DNA of 63,669 nt, filler included, from Asterionella formosa (GCA_002256025.1; 26 parts of 26 records of this genome joined end to end with filler, not necessarily neighbours in it), one strand, 5' to 3'. Numbered from the whole stretch's first letter, positions 12,575 to 24,152 are shown. Numbers and translations: made by a program. Notes: generated from the sequence alone by a model not told the origin.

Positions 12575-12969
12575 GTCGTTGAAGCCTTGACCAGCCAGGA
12601 CGAAAATAGCGGAAATCTCTACGAAAACTGAGAGCGACGCTTTCCTATTCGGAACATATGTCAATCGAAAAATAGACAATACAATCGTAAAAGAATAACT
12701 GTAATAACACTAAAATTGACGATGAAAATTAAAGTCGCCGATGGCGCCATTTCTATGTAGCTAATTTAGAAATGTACAATTGAAGATGACAATCTTTCTA
12801 AGGAATTCGACACTTTCACAGTAGCTGAAAAATGAATAATACTACGGCTATGACAATAGCATGATGAGTTGAAGCTAAAGATGTGAAAATCGATCTTTAT
12901 CAAGTGAGAATTGATTTATTGATTGTACCAGCAATATGTGTAGTCGTTGATTGCAGGTATCAGTGCCGA

Positions 12970-13348
12970 CAAAGCAATGTATTATTCTTTGGCAGTTGAT
13001 ACCAAAAAAATATTTGAAAGCAGAAAAAATAATAATTAAATCGATATTGGGGACTCTTAATTTATTTATTTGGTGAAACCAGCGTAATATTGCTGCAAAG
13101 TAGCATAATTTTGCCATCATACTGTAGCAACAGCTAGTTGGTCAGTGAATATTTTTGCAAACACACATAATTATTGGTTTGATCACATAATTATTCGATA
13201 AGTGAAATAAATTTTGTTTTAGATCGCATAAATTCTGGTTTGACCCGAATAAATTCCGGAAAAAGTAGTATAATATTTTAGAAAAGTAGCATAAATAAGT
13301 CACTTAAGCCATAAATTCGAAAAAGTGCCGTAAACAGCGTCTTAGATG
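12970..13348 (-). mobile_element. Second copy of the CATCTAAG-A element end
   Basis: Reverse complement reads CATCTAAGACGCTGTTTACGGCACTTTTTCGAATTTATG; homology to the 9058 copy stops exactly at the CATC terminus. Confidence 0.7.
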
Positions 13349-13849
13349 AAGTATTAGCTTTGTACACCGTACCTGCTATACTCTGAGTTAAACCAGTGCT
13401 CTTCCACCAGTTCACATACTCAGGAGTGTTTTTGAAGCACCCTGTCATCCATTAATGACCTGGTGTCCAGTGAGGCACCCCACCCCTTCACCTGGGTGAG
13501 GTAGTGTGAGACTTTCACTCACTAAAAACCTGTGTGCAGCCCCATTCTTGACCAGTACACGGCCTGCCATACCCATGAATTGGGGCGTTGGCCTGTGGAG
13601 GTGTGTGGGACCCCATCAAATGCCTCACTTGCATGAGGCCCCCAGGGGACCTGATTACTATGTTAGCCCAAAGTCTAACAACGCTCATCAGAAACCTAGC
13701 AAGGGTGGTGGCCCCTGATGGATTCCATTCCAACTGGCTACCGACCCCGTTGCATGATGAGCTTGCAACTAAAGAGTCACAGTGTTTCTGTGCTGTGACT
13801 TCGGTTGGTTCAACCACCATCCATCCATGTACCCAGCAGTTGTCATGAC

Positions 13850-14320
13850 TCCCTCCAAGGAGCCACACCAACTGTTGCTGGTCGAAACCAAGGGCGAAAT
13901 TTGGCCATAACTTCCAAACTTTCATGATCAATTCTGCCATGTGTGGTTCAGTGCGCAAACCACACCACTGACCACAAGTGAACACTTAGTGTTCCAGCAT
14001 TTCTGGTTTGTCCATACTACCACAAAATGGACACTTGTTCCTCAAATACTGTTGAGGCAATCCTACACCAAACTATCAAAGCCAGTCCTGCTTGGTCTTT
14101 GGGACTTCCCCCCCCCCCCACATGCGAACATGTGAGTGGATGCTTGTCAAATCCGGCTCCCTCATACCACACTGTGCATGCCCCCTACGGACGAGTCAAG
14201 AAGTTCCACTGGATCCCACTCTCTCTCTCCAAAATGCATGTTTTCACTACCTCAGCCAGTGCCTTTGGTTCCAGGCCCTGCCATCCAGCACCCAAGTGCC
14301 TCTCCACAATAGAAATCTTC
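13850..14320 (-). pseudogene. Degenerate 3' end of a non-LTR retrotransposon ORF2 (C-terminal CCHC finger)
   Basis: Stop-interrupted frame LPQQYLRNKCPFCGSMDKPEMLEH*VFTCGQWCGLR...LVWLLGG resembles the CxxC..E..EH....C..W...R knuckle of LINE ORF2. Confidence 0.5.
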
Positions 14321-14761
14321 AATGATTAGGAGTATGGGTTCTGACTAGCACTACATATGTATCTTCAAATCCGGGTTGTTTAACTAGTATCGGTAGGCGG
14401 CGGGCGGAGCGAGCTTGCTTAAATTTTAGGACCACGTTCCCGGAATCGGAACCCTGATACCAGTACTCCTATGCTTATGTTACTGGTACATGTTCATGGT
14501 TACTATTTTCTGAAATCTAGTCCGAGTACAGTTGATTATCGGGAGCATGGGCAACAGCATTGTGTTTGAAGCGGCTCCTGCGCCTGAAAATGGCGACGAA
14601 ACCACTGCTAGTACGGACACTTCCACGGAAAAACTGAAACAGGCATCAGAGAATACTGGAGNNNNNNNNNNNNNNNNNNNNNNNNNNNNNNNNNNNNNNN
14701 NNNNNTTAATTAATTAANNNNNNNNNNNNNNNNNNNNNNNNNNNNNNNNNNNNNNNNNNNN

Positions 14762-15948
14762 CTCGTCTGCACTCTGTGTGAAAGCCGCTCCATCCAGGAT
14801 ATCATCAAACTCGTCAGCCAAGTTTCGCATACTTATGAGTGTTTTGGTGGCAGGCATGTTTGATTTGGTCTCAACAACCACTGGTGGGGATTCCACCTTG
14901 GTTTTTCCAACCGTCGATACCGTCGTCGCAAACATGGCCTCCTTCGTGGGTTCTGCTACTGTAGTTTCGACCAGGGGAGCCACAGCAGGTGGCTCAACCT
15001 TTGGCTCTGCACCTGGTTCCATATGTGATTCAACCCGGGGTTCAACTGGAATCATTGACTCAACGTGTGGAGCCGCAGCGGATTCAGTGGAGGTATTCGT
15101 CGCTAAAGGTTCGGTACCAGACGGATTCACCATCATTGGTTCTACTTTGGTTGTGACAGCGGGTTGCATTGGAATGACCTCATAAACAATGGAGGACATT
15201 ATTGATGCCTTCATTCTGTTTGTATCCGGCGTCACCATAGCTGGATTATTATTTGGTTCCGCTGTTGGTGGCTCAATCGTGGGTTCAACTCGCATCTGGG
15301 TCTCTGTAATTAGGAGCTCGGGGGATTCATCCTTTGTCTGGGACGCTTCGGCTGTATGCGAAAACAATCAAAATGAGATTGGATTGACGAAAACGAGAAC
15401 AGAACAGTATCAATTCAAATTTCACATTGAATTTCCGTAGGCTTACCAAACATGGATGACTGTGTGACTTTGTTTGCCTTAAGAGCAGCCATATCAGCAG
15501 CAATGTCTGTCTTTGGAGGCTCCGTCGATCCGGGTGTTTGTGAAATGAGCTTGCCATCAGCCGCTGTTCAGTAAGAAGAAAGGAATAAGAATGAGGTATG
15601 GTCGACAGTGGCAATCAATAAAAAAGTTGGGAAACTTACTAAACAAGGAGGCTTTCACTTTCTTCGTCTGGGGAATCTTTGCCAAGTCGGCAGTTTCCTT
15701 TTCTTTCTGCCTGGTAGCATCGTCACTCTTTGGTGAAAACTGTGAAATGAGCTTTCCATCCGGAGCTTACAAAGCAGAAGGTACAGTATGAACGAGCAGT
15801 CCGATGTGAGCAAAAGCTGTTAGCGATTCGGTTTGGATACAAATTCCTGATATTTCGGATGGGCCATTCACTTACTGAACATCTTAGCCCTCTTGGCTTT
15901 TGCGTCCTTTAACGAGGCAAGCTCCGCATCTCTCTCTTCCCGGGACAT
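14762..15948 (-). CDS. Four-exon gene (exons 15948-15876, 15765-15640, 15563-15447, 15351-edge): three short repeat modules then a Pro/Glu/Thr-rich region; function unknown
   Basis: GT-AG introns 15766-15875, 15564-15639, 15352-15446, all phase 1 with GTAAG donors; internal exons 126 and 117 nt; the spliced frame is open into ORF 14714-15367. Confidence 0.75.
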
Positions 15949-16820
15949 GGTGTATTGCTGCTGTTGGAGATATGTCTACACCAAATCAAAACATGGAGGA
16001 GACTTGAAATTATAGCAGAAATTTTCAAGCGTTGAATCCGCTATTGGAAGGATACAAATGTGATTTGGAGTCCCATCAAGGATGCATTTTTGTGTGTCGT
16101 GGTACCTGGTACCAGGTACCGGTAGTTGTTTTCAATCACGCCAGTAATCATACATAAAGATAGTACCTGGTACGAAGTACCGGTACTCGTATTTAATCAT
16201 GGCTGGGTACCAGGTACCCTACATAATAGGTATGTTGAAATTTACTTAGGCGCTTCTTCCTACCGGTAGTGCGCTCCAGTGCTGCCCTGGAATGACCGGT
16301 CAAGATCTTTCTCGCGCCGCTCGTTTGCATGTTATTCTGCTATAATTCCACTCTTATCTACTAAAAAGCAAGACAAAGCTTTTGTACTTATCACAAAGCC
16401 AGATACAGTGACCAAGAACGACGAGCGAGGTTCACATGAAAAACTCAAAATACTTGGTACCTGGTGCTCCATCTGGATGAAAATGACTGCGGCGATTGTT
16501 AAAATTTCTCCGGCGCAATTTTCATTCCAACGATTTTCTCCGGCTCAATTGCCCTAATGTGCGCAATCGCATAAGCTACAGATCCATGCATGATTTCGAT
16601 CTAGTAAATTTAAAACTGGCAACTACGTATTAAAAAAAAAGTTTTAGGGCTTTTTCGATTTTCACTTGTGGCTATCTGGAGCAAAATGCAGATGCATGAG
16701 GACCCATTTTTCTTCGAACCATCTATTCTCAAGATACTTACGAAGTAGGATTTAAAAGTAGAACAACGGCAACCTGCGTTCCATTATGGAATGCGCAACA
16801 CCGAAAGTTGCAATGGTGGT

Positions 16821-17097
16821 AAGGCCGTTGCTAACCGTTGACCCAAACCAAAACCCAAAAACTTTTTTTTTGGATTGGTTTTGGTTTTGGTCAACTGACG
16901 AAAAAACGATGCTATCGGTTTTTGGGAAATCCTAAATGCTGTCAACCACCCATCTACTGTGACGTAGGATGACAAAACCATTATAAAAAAAGTAAAATAT
17001 TTCTATTAGACTAGTTATATAAATGAAATATTATGATTCCCATTTGGGAATTAGTTAGTTTTTCCCGCAATTTGAGCGATGTTGCTGTCTTGTCATT
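16821..17097 (+). repeat. Dispersed repeat/transposon end (AAGGCCGTTGCTAACCG); copy at 62594-62873 (-)
   Basis: High visual similarity over ~280 bp, mirrored by the near-identical spurious ORFs 16784-16981 and 62713-62967; sharp boundary at AAGGCC. Confidence 0.85.
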
Positions 17098-17377
17098 GAA
17101 CTACCTGGTACCTGGTACCNNNNNNNNNNNNNNNNNNNNNNNNNNNNNNNNNNNNNNNNNNNNTTAATTAATTAANNNNNNNNNNNNNNNNNNNNNNNNN
17201 NNNNNNNNNNNNNNNNNNNGGGGGGGGGCATCGCTTTGACTTTCACAGCCTCTCTAAAGAGCTGCGACAGAAAATAATAGGGATAAACATAGTACCACCA
17301 TAACCGTACATGGCAGCCTCTACAGAGCTGCGACAGAAAATAATAGGGAAAAACACAGTACCACCATAGCCGTACAT

Positions 17378-17424
17378 CGAGTTTTTAATCTTATTGGATA
17401 GTATCCAATAAGATTAAAAACTCG
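17378..17424. repeat. 47-bp palindrome (23-bp perfect arms, 1-nt centre)
   Basis: cgagtttttaatcttattggata-g-tatccaataagattaaaaactcg. Confidence 0.95.
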
Positions 17425-18086
17425 TCACGCACTTTGTAATTGTAATCACAAGACCGTCTATGGAAATTAGCACAATTGTATAAGTTTGTCAGATATCACT
17501 TGGCGAGGCTCATATATTAATTGTAACTCTGTAATAAAAGGAATTTTTAATATTCTATAAAGTCGGAAAACCCGTGCTCCTGGTGAAATATGCAATGTAC
17601 CATGGATAGTAGCTCAAGCTGCATATGATGCAGCTGCAAAACATGTAACCACAATATTTTGAACTTAAAATTCATTAATAGGAGGATGAGCCTATCATAT
17701 AACCTGTAGACTGTTACTGATATATTGATGAAAACATTAACAGATACTAGCATTGGCTTGAGGATTCTTGACTGTTAGTTGTAACAACTTAAATTCCATT
17801 CAACACTAACATATGCAAAAAGGAATATCATTAAATTCACCTCCATTGTCATGTATACAATGTTCTTGACGGGGATATCGGGCCAACTACTCAATTTCAA
17901 ACTTAATTGCAATATATTCTGATGATTTATTGTAGCCGGTTCGAAAAGGAGGAGTCAATTGCATTGTTCATTTTTTTCACACAAGGTCGATCTGGTCACC
18001 ATTCGTCTGGAAAAACCCGTTAGGCCTAACAGTTTTGCTGTAAGACCCACTGCCCCAAAAATTCTCAGTATGAACGTATCATTTTT

Positions 18087-18198
18087 TGATTGATCATACA
18101 AAAAAATGATTGATCATACAAAAATACTGATTGATCACACAGAAATATTGATTGATCATACAGAAATACTGATTGATCATACAAAAGACTGATTGATT
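18087..18198 (+). repeat. ~20-21-bp minisatellite (tgattgatcatacaaaaatac), about 5 copies
   Basis: Visible tandem copies in a GATC-rich non-coding region. Confidence 0.85.
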
Positions 18199-19333
18199 CA
18201 TTAATATTGTTGCATTGATCTTAAGTATCATTACCATAGATCATATACATATTATGTAATTTCTAATCGATTGCATTTGTAAAATTAATGACGAATCACA
18301 TTGAGTATACACTCATCATCTATAAATCAATTAGTTTCAAATCAATAGATCATACGATATGCTTATGATCAATGCAGCACTCTCACTCTTATTATCAACT
18401 AACGTTTTGGTGTTCGATCTAAAGATAGTAATCGTGAGATCAAATCAGTTATTGATTGGATCTAACCTTTGGAATGCTAATATCAAATAGAAATTTTAGC
18501 TTTCGATTTAACGTTCATTACTACCGATCTAACTAATTTCTCTCATTGATCAAACCTACTATCATGTTCGATCAATGATGCACACAAATCGGATTAAATG
18601 GATTGCTATTTAATACTCAAATATTCTACTTCTGGTCACCCATACTTTCCACTGTGCATCCTCTATCAGAATGAGCACACAGTGGTCTTCAATACCTTAA
18701 TTTTCACTTCCGGTAGCTATGTTTAGATCATTGCCTTTTCAAAATGAAATGAGAGAGTACACGAAATTGATGATGTTTAATTCGAACCTCTACCATTGCG
18801 AATGGTAGCAAGTCACATTCTCCAATGTTCTTGTACGACTTTCCTGTAAGAGATAATAACAACAATGTGATCAAAACTGTTGCATCAAGTAAGCAAGGCA
18901 TTTAAACGTAGATATGTGCAACGAAACGATCACATGATCAATCCATCACTCCTATATCTGTATGAGCAGGCAATGTGCATATTACTTACCTGTGCTCTCA
19001 TGGTTGATTGTTGCTTCCATTAACAATGGTAACAAGCCACATTCTCCAAGAAGCCACATTCTCCAAGGTTCCTGTATGATGTTAAGGAGATGATATCAAT
19101 GTTAGCAAAAGTGTTGCAACGATTAAAGCATCTCCCGCCACACATGTGCCACGAACTGATGACATAAACAATCTATATATCTTCACGTTCCAATCGACAT
19201 AACGAGCATCAAATGAGAGTATCATAGTAACTTACCTATGCTCTCACTGTTGATTGATGGGTGACAGGTAGTATTGTTAACCCTCACATCTGAATATATG
19301 GAAGGGAAAGATGTTATAAATGTCGAAATCCTA

Positions 19334-19577
19334 CATCTAAGCCGCGTATTACGAGAAGTGACCATCACGTAAATAAGCCTAGTTGATTTTGAATGGATCA
19401 CATGAATTAGTTGAATACATCAAAATGCGTACTTGAATATATCTATATATTATCTGAATACATCACGTTCATTATTTGATCAGAGTATCATGCATGCATT
19501 CCTGATCATCACTATATTACGTGATCACCTTCACATAATTATTTGAAATACTTCACATAATTATTTGAAATACTTCA
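19334..19577 (+). mobile_element. Element end, family CATCTAAG-B; copy at 48885-49010
   Basis: CATCTAAGCCGCGTATTACG(A/T)GAAGTGACCATCACG at both loci, with different upstream flanks; subterminal cttcacataattatttgaaata repeats. Confidence 0.7.
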
Positions 19578-19678
19578 NNNNNNNNNNNNNNNNNNNNNNN
19601 NNNNNNNNNNNNNNNNNNNNNTTAATTAATTAANNNNNNNNNNNNNNNNNNNNNNNNNNNNNNNNNNNNNNNNNNNNG

Positions 19679-21145
19679 TCGCCTCTCACTGGGAACAAGG
19701 GTGTGAAAGAGAGTGCAAAGTGGATGCACAGTTTTCAAGACCCTACTTTTGGCGTTTCCAACAGGTTTGACTCCAAGAGAATTGTTGATGTTCAGGTCCT
19801 ACCTTCACCACCTTTGACCAACATTAACAATGAGGGGCGTAAAAACATCGAGCAAGAAACCTTGATTTCTTCCAAGGAAAAGAACATTGTAAAGGCCAAA
19901 GAAGCTGTGGTCCCAACTCCACCAGCTTTGCTTAACAATATTTCTAGTCCAGTCAAAAATCCTGTCCACTTGAGATTTGACCGGAGCACCAAGAATTATG
20001 ATTCAAATACTAATGATTCAGTTCTTGAATCAGCAGCTCAATCAGAGAAAAATGCGCGTAAGGAAAACAGTGGCAATGCCACTGTGGTTTTTGTTCATCG
20101 ACCAGCACCTCCAGTATTGGACCCTGCCCTCAAACCTGTGGCCTCAACAAAGCACACCACCAAGGCTAATCGACAAGGCAAAGACGAAGAAGATATTTCC
20201 ATCGCCTCAGAGGATGCCTCAGATGCTGGTCCTTCGATGGAATTTCTCAAGTCTGTTGAAAAATCGAATATGAAGTTGCTTGGGATCAACGGCAAGGATC
20301 ATAAGCAGGTCGAGAAGGGTCCACATCTTACCCTCCAGCGAGATAGGAACACAGATGAAACTTTAGGTGAAACCTGGTCTATCATCAAGCTCCCACATTC
20401 TATCTCCCTCCAGCAGGATCATGTCCAACCTGGTCTGAAACCTGTGCCTCCATCCAAGCATATCACCAGAGTGATTCAGCATACCACCAGAGTGATTCCG
20501 CAAGGCAAAGACGACGAAGATAGTTCCATTCTCTCAGAGGATGTTCCTTCTTTGGAATTTCTCAAGTCTGTTCAGAAATCAAGTGTGAAGGAGGTGCCTG
20601 CGGTCGACAAGAAGGATGATGAGGTCACGAAGGGTAGACTTCGTCTTATTCTCCAGAAGAAGGATCATGTCCAACCGGTACCCAAACCTGTGCCTCCAAC
20701 AAAGCACACCAGCAAGCTGAATTCACAAAGCCAAGACGAAGATAGTTCGAATGTCTCCGAGGATGGTCCTTCTTTGGAATTTCTCAAATCTGTTGAAAAA
20801 TCTGTCAAAAAAATCCAACCTACTGTCCCACCTTTCTTTGCAAAGAATGAAGTTAATGTTGCTCGAAAAGAAAAAGGTAATACAATGCCCAAAAAAGGCC
20901 TTCAAAAATATTCTATTCTCTCTGAGAATGTTTCCATCCCAGGAAAAGTTCTCATCCATGTCCCTGCCGATGGCGAGAATCTTTTACGTTCTCCATCTAC
21001 AACCCCATCCTCCTCTAAAACCTCGTCTTCTGCTGTGTCCTCAACTAGTTGTGAAACCTCTACTGGTGGTGAAAAATCGGATTCCAAGTTAGATGAGGAG
21101 GACAAGTCCAAAGTGATTGATTCTGACTATGAATCTGCATTGTGA
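19679..21145 (+). CDS. Hypothetical low-complexity protein (3' part) with three KPV..KH...EDxPSLEFLKSVxKS repeats
   Basis: ~489-codon open frame from the contig edge; repeated modules near 20130, 20440 and 20680; convergent with a transposase-like ORF. Confidence 0.65.
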   Translation, partial: SPLTGNKGVKESAKWMHSFQDPTFGVSNRFDSKRIVDVQVLPSPPLTNINNEGRKNIEQETLISSKEKNIVKAKEAVVPTPPALLNNISSPVKNPVHLRFDRSTKNYDSNTNDSVLESAAQSEKNARKENSGNATVVFVHRPAPPVLDPALKPVASTKHTTKANRQGKDEEDISIASEDASDAGPSMEFLKSVEKSNMKLLGINGKDHKQVEKGPHLTLQRDRNTDETLGETWSIIKLPHSISLQQDHVQPGLKPVPPSKHITRVIQHTTRVIPQGKDDEDSSILSEDVPSLEFLKSVQKSSVKEVPAVDKKDDEVTKGRLRLILQKKDHVQPVPKPVPPTKHTSKLNSQSQDEDSSNVSEDGPSLEFLKSVEKSVKKIQPTVPPFFAKNEVNVARKEKGNTMPKKGLQKYSILSENVSIPGKVLIHVPADGENLLRSPSTTPSSSKTSSSAVSSTSCETSTGGEKSDSKLDEEDKSKVIDSDYESAL

Positions 21146-21359
21146 GTAAATGAGTGAATGTTTAGCATCTCCTACTACCTTACTAATGAATCAAGGAGAT
21201 TAATGACTTCTATAAAAATTGATAATTATATGTTACCTTAGCTACTTCCTTTTTTTGTTGGTTTTGTAGTAATATTAATCGTTTCCACATCTTCAACTAC
21301 AAATTTTTTCTTAACATTTCTTTCATAGATTGCTTTATGCAATCGCATCAACCAGCAAA

Positions 21360-22035
21360 TCAAAAATGGAACAGGGATGCCCAGGCAGACTGCGGCTTGA
21401 TTTGAATCACCTTACCTGGAGAGGCTCCTAAATTAGGAACAACAACAGCAGGAGAATGAATGCAATCCACGGGAACAAACAAAAGTCCTTTGTTTCCATG
21501 TCGATCCAATGTGAGATCAGCCCCTAACAGCAACCTTGAGTAGTTGTGCAAAGGTTCTGAGGCATATTTACAAGAGTGAATAATTGCAAAGACACCGGGG
21601 CTTTGATTTCTCAAGGATGATGGTAATCTTGGATCAGTGAAATTGATCGAAGACGGACCCAATCCCAATTCAATAAAACCGTAGATTTGGCCAAGCACAA
21701 TTGACTCAACTCCTGTTTCTCCATCTAACCAAGCAAACTCTGCCCAATCATACCAGGAATGACCACCACGGTAGCTTGGATGGGCATGAAATATTACGTT
21801 GTCACTACGAGTGTGGTCGCACATCACTTCAATTTCCATGGATAAAATGAAAGGAAGGAGTTGGTCGCCTAGAACTCGCACCAGATCTCGGTCAATCCCA
21901 GTTTTCCAGATGCTACTTGATGATGATGAAACCCTGGCAATCTCAAATTCACCATTTCCATCTTCTTCAATCAGAAGAGAATATCGAGTACCTCCTGTTT
22001 TGGATTTCACAATTCCAACGTCAACTGGGACAGCT
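21360..22035 (-). CDS. Probable Plavaka/CMC-type transposase C-terminal fragment
   Basis: FHAHPSYRGGHSWYDWA; GQIYGFIEL; GVFAIIHS; FVPVDCIHSPAVVVPN. Pattern recalled from such transposase C-termini; catalytic core not in the contig. Confidence 0.5.
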
Positions 22036-22156
22036 NNNNNNNNNNNNNNNNNNNNNNNNNNNNNNNNNNNNNNNNNNNNTTAATTAATTAANNNNNNNNN
22101 NNNNNNNNNNNNNNNNNNNNNNNNNNNNNNNNNNNTCACGGCTCTTCCTGGCCGGC

Positions 22157-22171
22157 TAATTCTATTAAAAC
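22157..22171 (-). promoter_or_regulatory. Putative self-priming PBS of LTR-B (GTTTTAATAGAATTA)
   Basis: Abuts the LTR end ...TTTCAACA; exact reverse complement of LTR segment 22294-22308. Confidence 0.75.
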
Positions 22172-22438
22172 TGTTGAAATTGCGTCCCGAAGCACTCTAT
22201 GCTTTCTTGTATCCTGTAAGGACACGTCAGGGACCAAATAGGCTGTAGATATAACAACGATGTCTCCGTGATCGATTGTAATCGTTCCTAAGAGTTTTAA
22301 TAGAATTATGGGTTTTTTACTGTTGGCGTAGATTGTTTTCGAATTCTCTGGTACCATATTCTTTCTTGATTCATTCGATTCAATATGTAGTAGGTAATTT
22401 ATACCGGGATTTTCTTTCCTAAAATATTTTCTCCAACA
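22172..22438 (-). mobile_element. LTR-B (267 bp, TGTTG...CAACA) nested in the protease region of the Copia copy
   Basis: Homology to the contig-5 Copia stops at ...catgtaca and TGTTGG starts at once (22438); 5-bp terminal inverted repeat. Confidence 0.75.
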
Positions 22439-23781
22439 TGTACATGACGAGCAGCAGGTAATAGCATAGGTAAAGATAATTCGGCCTCATGTGTAGATTT
22501 AACATCATGGTTGCTGTTAGGAAGTTGAATGGTGATAGGGTTGGTGGTAGGTCGTTTGTTGATGACAGGTAAATCAACAGTGGCGTAATTTCCAGAACTA
22601 CCAGAATCAGCAATGAGTGTGACGGGGGGACAAGTGATGGGAGATAAGTTTATGTTAATAGTATTATCGACAGCAAATTGCTCCCCTCCACATCAAGCAA
22701 GTGGTGAAGGTGGCGGTGAAACACAGGGTGGCCGGGTGGGACAGGTACTGTCACTGAAAATACAGACGCTGCCACCCAGATGTCGATCAAGGGTGGCATT
22801 GAGTTGATGGCCAGAAGCTGGATGATTGCAAGTTGCACTGGTACGGTCAGGGTTTTTGGTAAGACCATGAGTCCAGCAATAGCCTAATTGGACATTGTTG
22901 TAAGTGTATCCAGAAGGGACAGCATGAGCAGCTGCAGCAATACCTGGCAATGGGGGAGGGCCACTGGTTTGAATGGCAGCATGGGCACCATGATAACCGG
23001 CAGTGGTGGCGGTGGCAAGGCGCAATCATTCCTTATCAGCATGCATGAAATGCGGGCAAAAATTAACCCATGTACAGTCCATCTCAGCTCAATCACGCCA
23101 AGTTTGAATGCTATGAGAATATACACCAGCCTGATCTAAAGCAGAAAGAGTCAATCGCATGACAGTACTGTCAGAGAAAGGTTCCCCACCAGCATCGGCA
23201 ATGGCACGAAGATGTTTGATGCAGATCCATAAATATTCAATAGGTTCCTCTGGTGTCCAAGCATCGGCCAAGCGCATGTGATTGAGTTCTAAATAATCCA
23301 CACTCAATGTTGCATATGTAGATTCGAACTGAGCAAGCAAGGTCAGAACAGTGATGTCTGCATATCCAAATGTAGCATCTTCCAGAACGTTGTAGTAAGT
23401 TGGGTCAATGGCTGTTAGAATTTGTTGTCGGAGAATTTCACAGATTTGGGAGTAACAGCAGAATGCATCAAGGGAGGTGTCAAAGAGACGGTTGGCAGTA
23501 GTGATTTGGGACTGTGTTGCAGTAGCACTGTGAGGCGGCTGGGTGCCGGGATGTTCGGGTGGTAAAAAGGGTTCACCAGCACATAAAAGATAAGGAGCAG
23601 CAGCCATGACAATACCAAGGAAACCATTGCCACGACCACCACTGGTACAGTGGACAGAGCGAGCGTTGGCAAAGAGTTCCTTGCGAAGGCGGGTTACAGT
23701 GAAGGCTTTAGGTTTGCCCTCGATTGGCTTCAAGAGCAGATGAGGGAATGGGAAAACAGCGGAAACGATTGGAGTTGTCAT
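22439..23781 (-). pseudogene. gag: Decayed copy of the contig-5 Copia gag-protease
   Basis: Colinear with 9845-10958; ATG MTTPIV at 23781; premature stop at 23089; gag TGA retained at 22693-22695. Confidence 0.92.
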
Positions 23782-23888
23782 GGTGCTGGAAGAAGGCCTG
23801 AGAGACAGGGACAGCGAACTGGCAAGCGGTGCTGGACGGTTGATTGTTGAGACCAGTGTCACATGTGCGGACAAGAGAGAGAGAACAG

Positions 23889-23900
23889 ATATTGTAGTTC
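23889..23900 (-). promoter_or_regulatory. Putative self-priming PBS of LTR-A (GAACTACAATAT)
   Basis: Abuts the LTR end ...CTCAACA; exact reverse complement of LTR segment 23932-23943; no TGG-type tRNA PBS. Confidence 0.75.
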
Positions 23901-24067
23901 TGTTGAGGGGAACCTTGTCATGAATAAAGGTGAACTACAATATTATGACTATTCTTTTGCTGTTCCAAGTACAGCGTTGTTAGCACTCACGCATGTATCT
24001 AATCTGGTGGCTGCGCCGGTATGGTTCGTACGGCGCATGTATGGAGCATCATATGCAGATATTAACA
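23901..24067 (-). mobile_element. 5' LTR (LTR-A, 167 bp, TGTT...AACA) of the Copia
   Basis: TGTT/AACA termini, 120 bp upstream of the gag ATG; similar in size to the Copia LTR at 49963-50133. Confidence 0.75.
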
Positions 24068-24152
24068 TGTCTGTCTATATATTCACCCATCAGTTCCATT
24101 TCCTCGTGGATATGAGCGGCTTAATCGAACATTTCCTGTTCTTACATCAACC

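Noticed and set aside
14547..14661. Possible gene start MGNSIVFEAAPAP (N-myristoylation-like)
   Set aside because: Only 38 codons before the contig edge; cannot be supported.
22321..22438. Shorter 118-bp LTR (TGTTGG...CCAACA)
   Set aside because: No PBS-like feature follows; the 22172 end is supported by the adjacent complementary tract. Not fully excluded.
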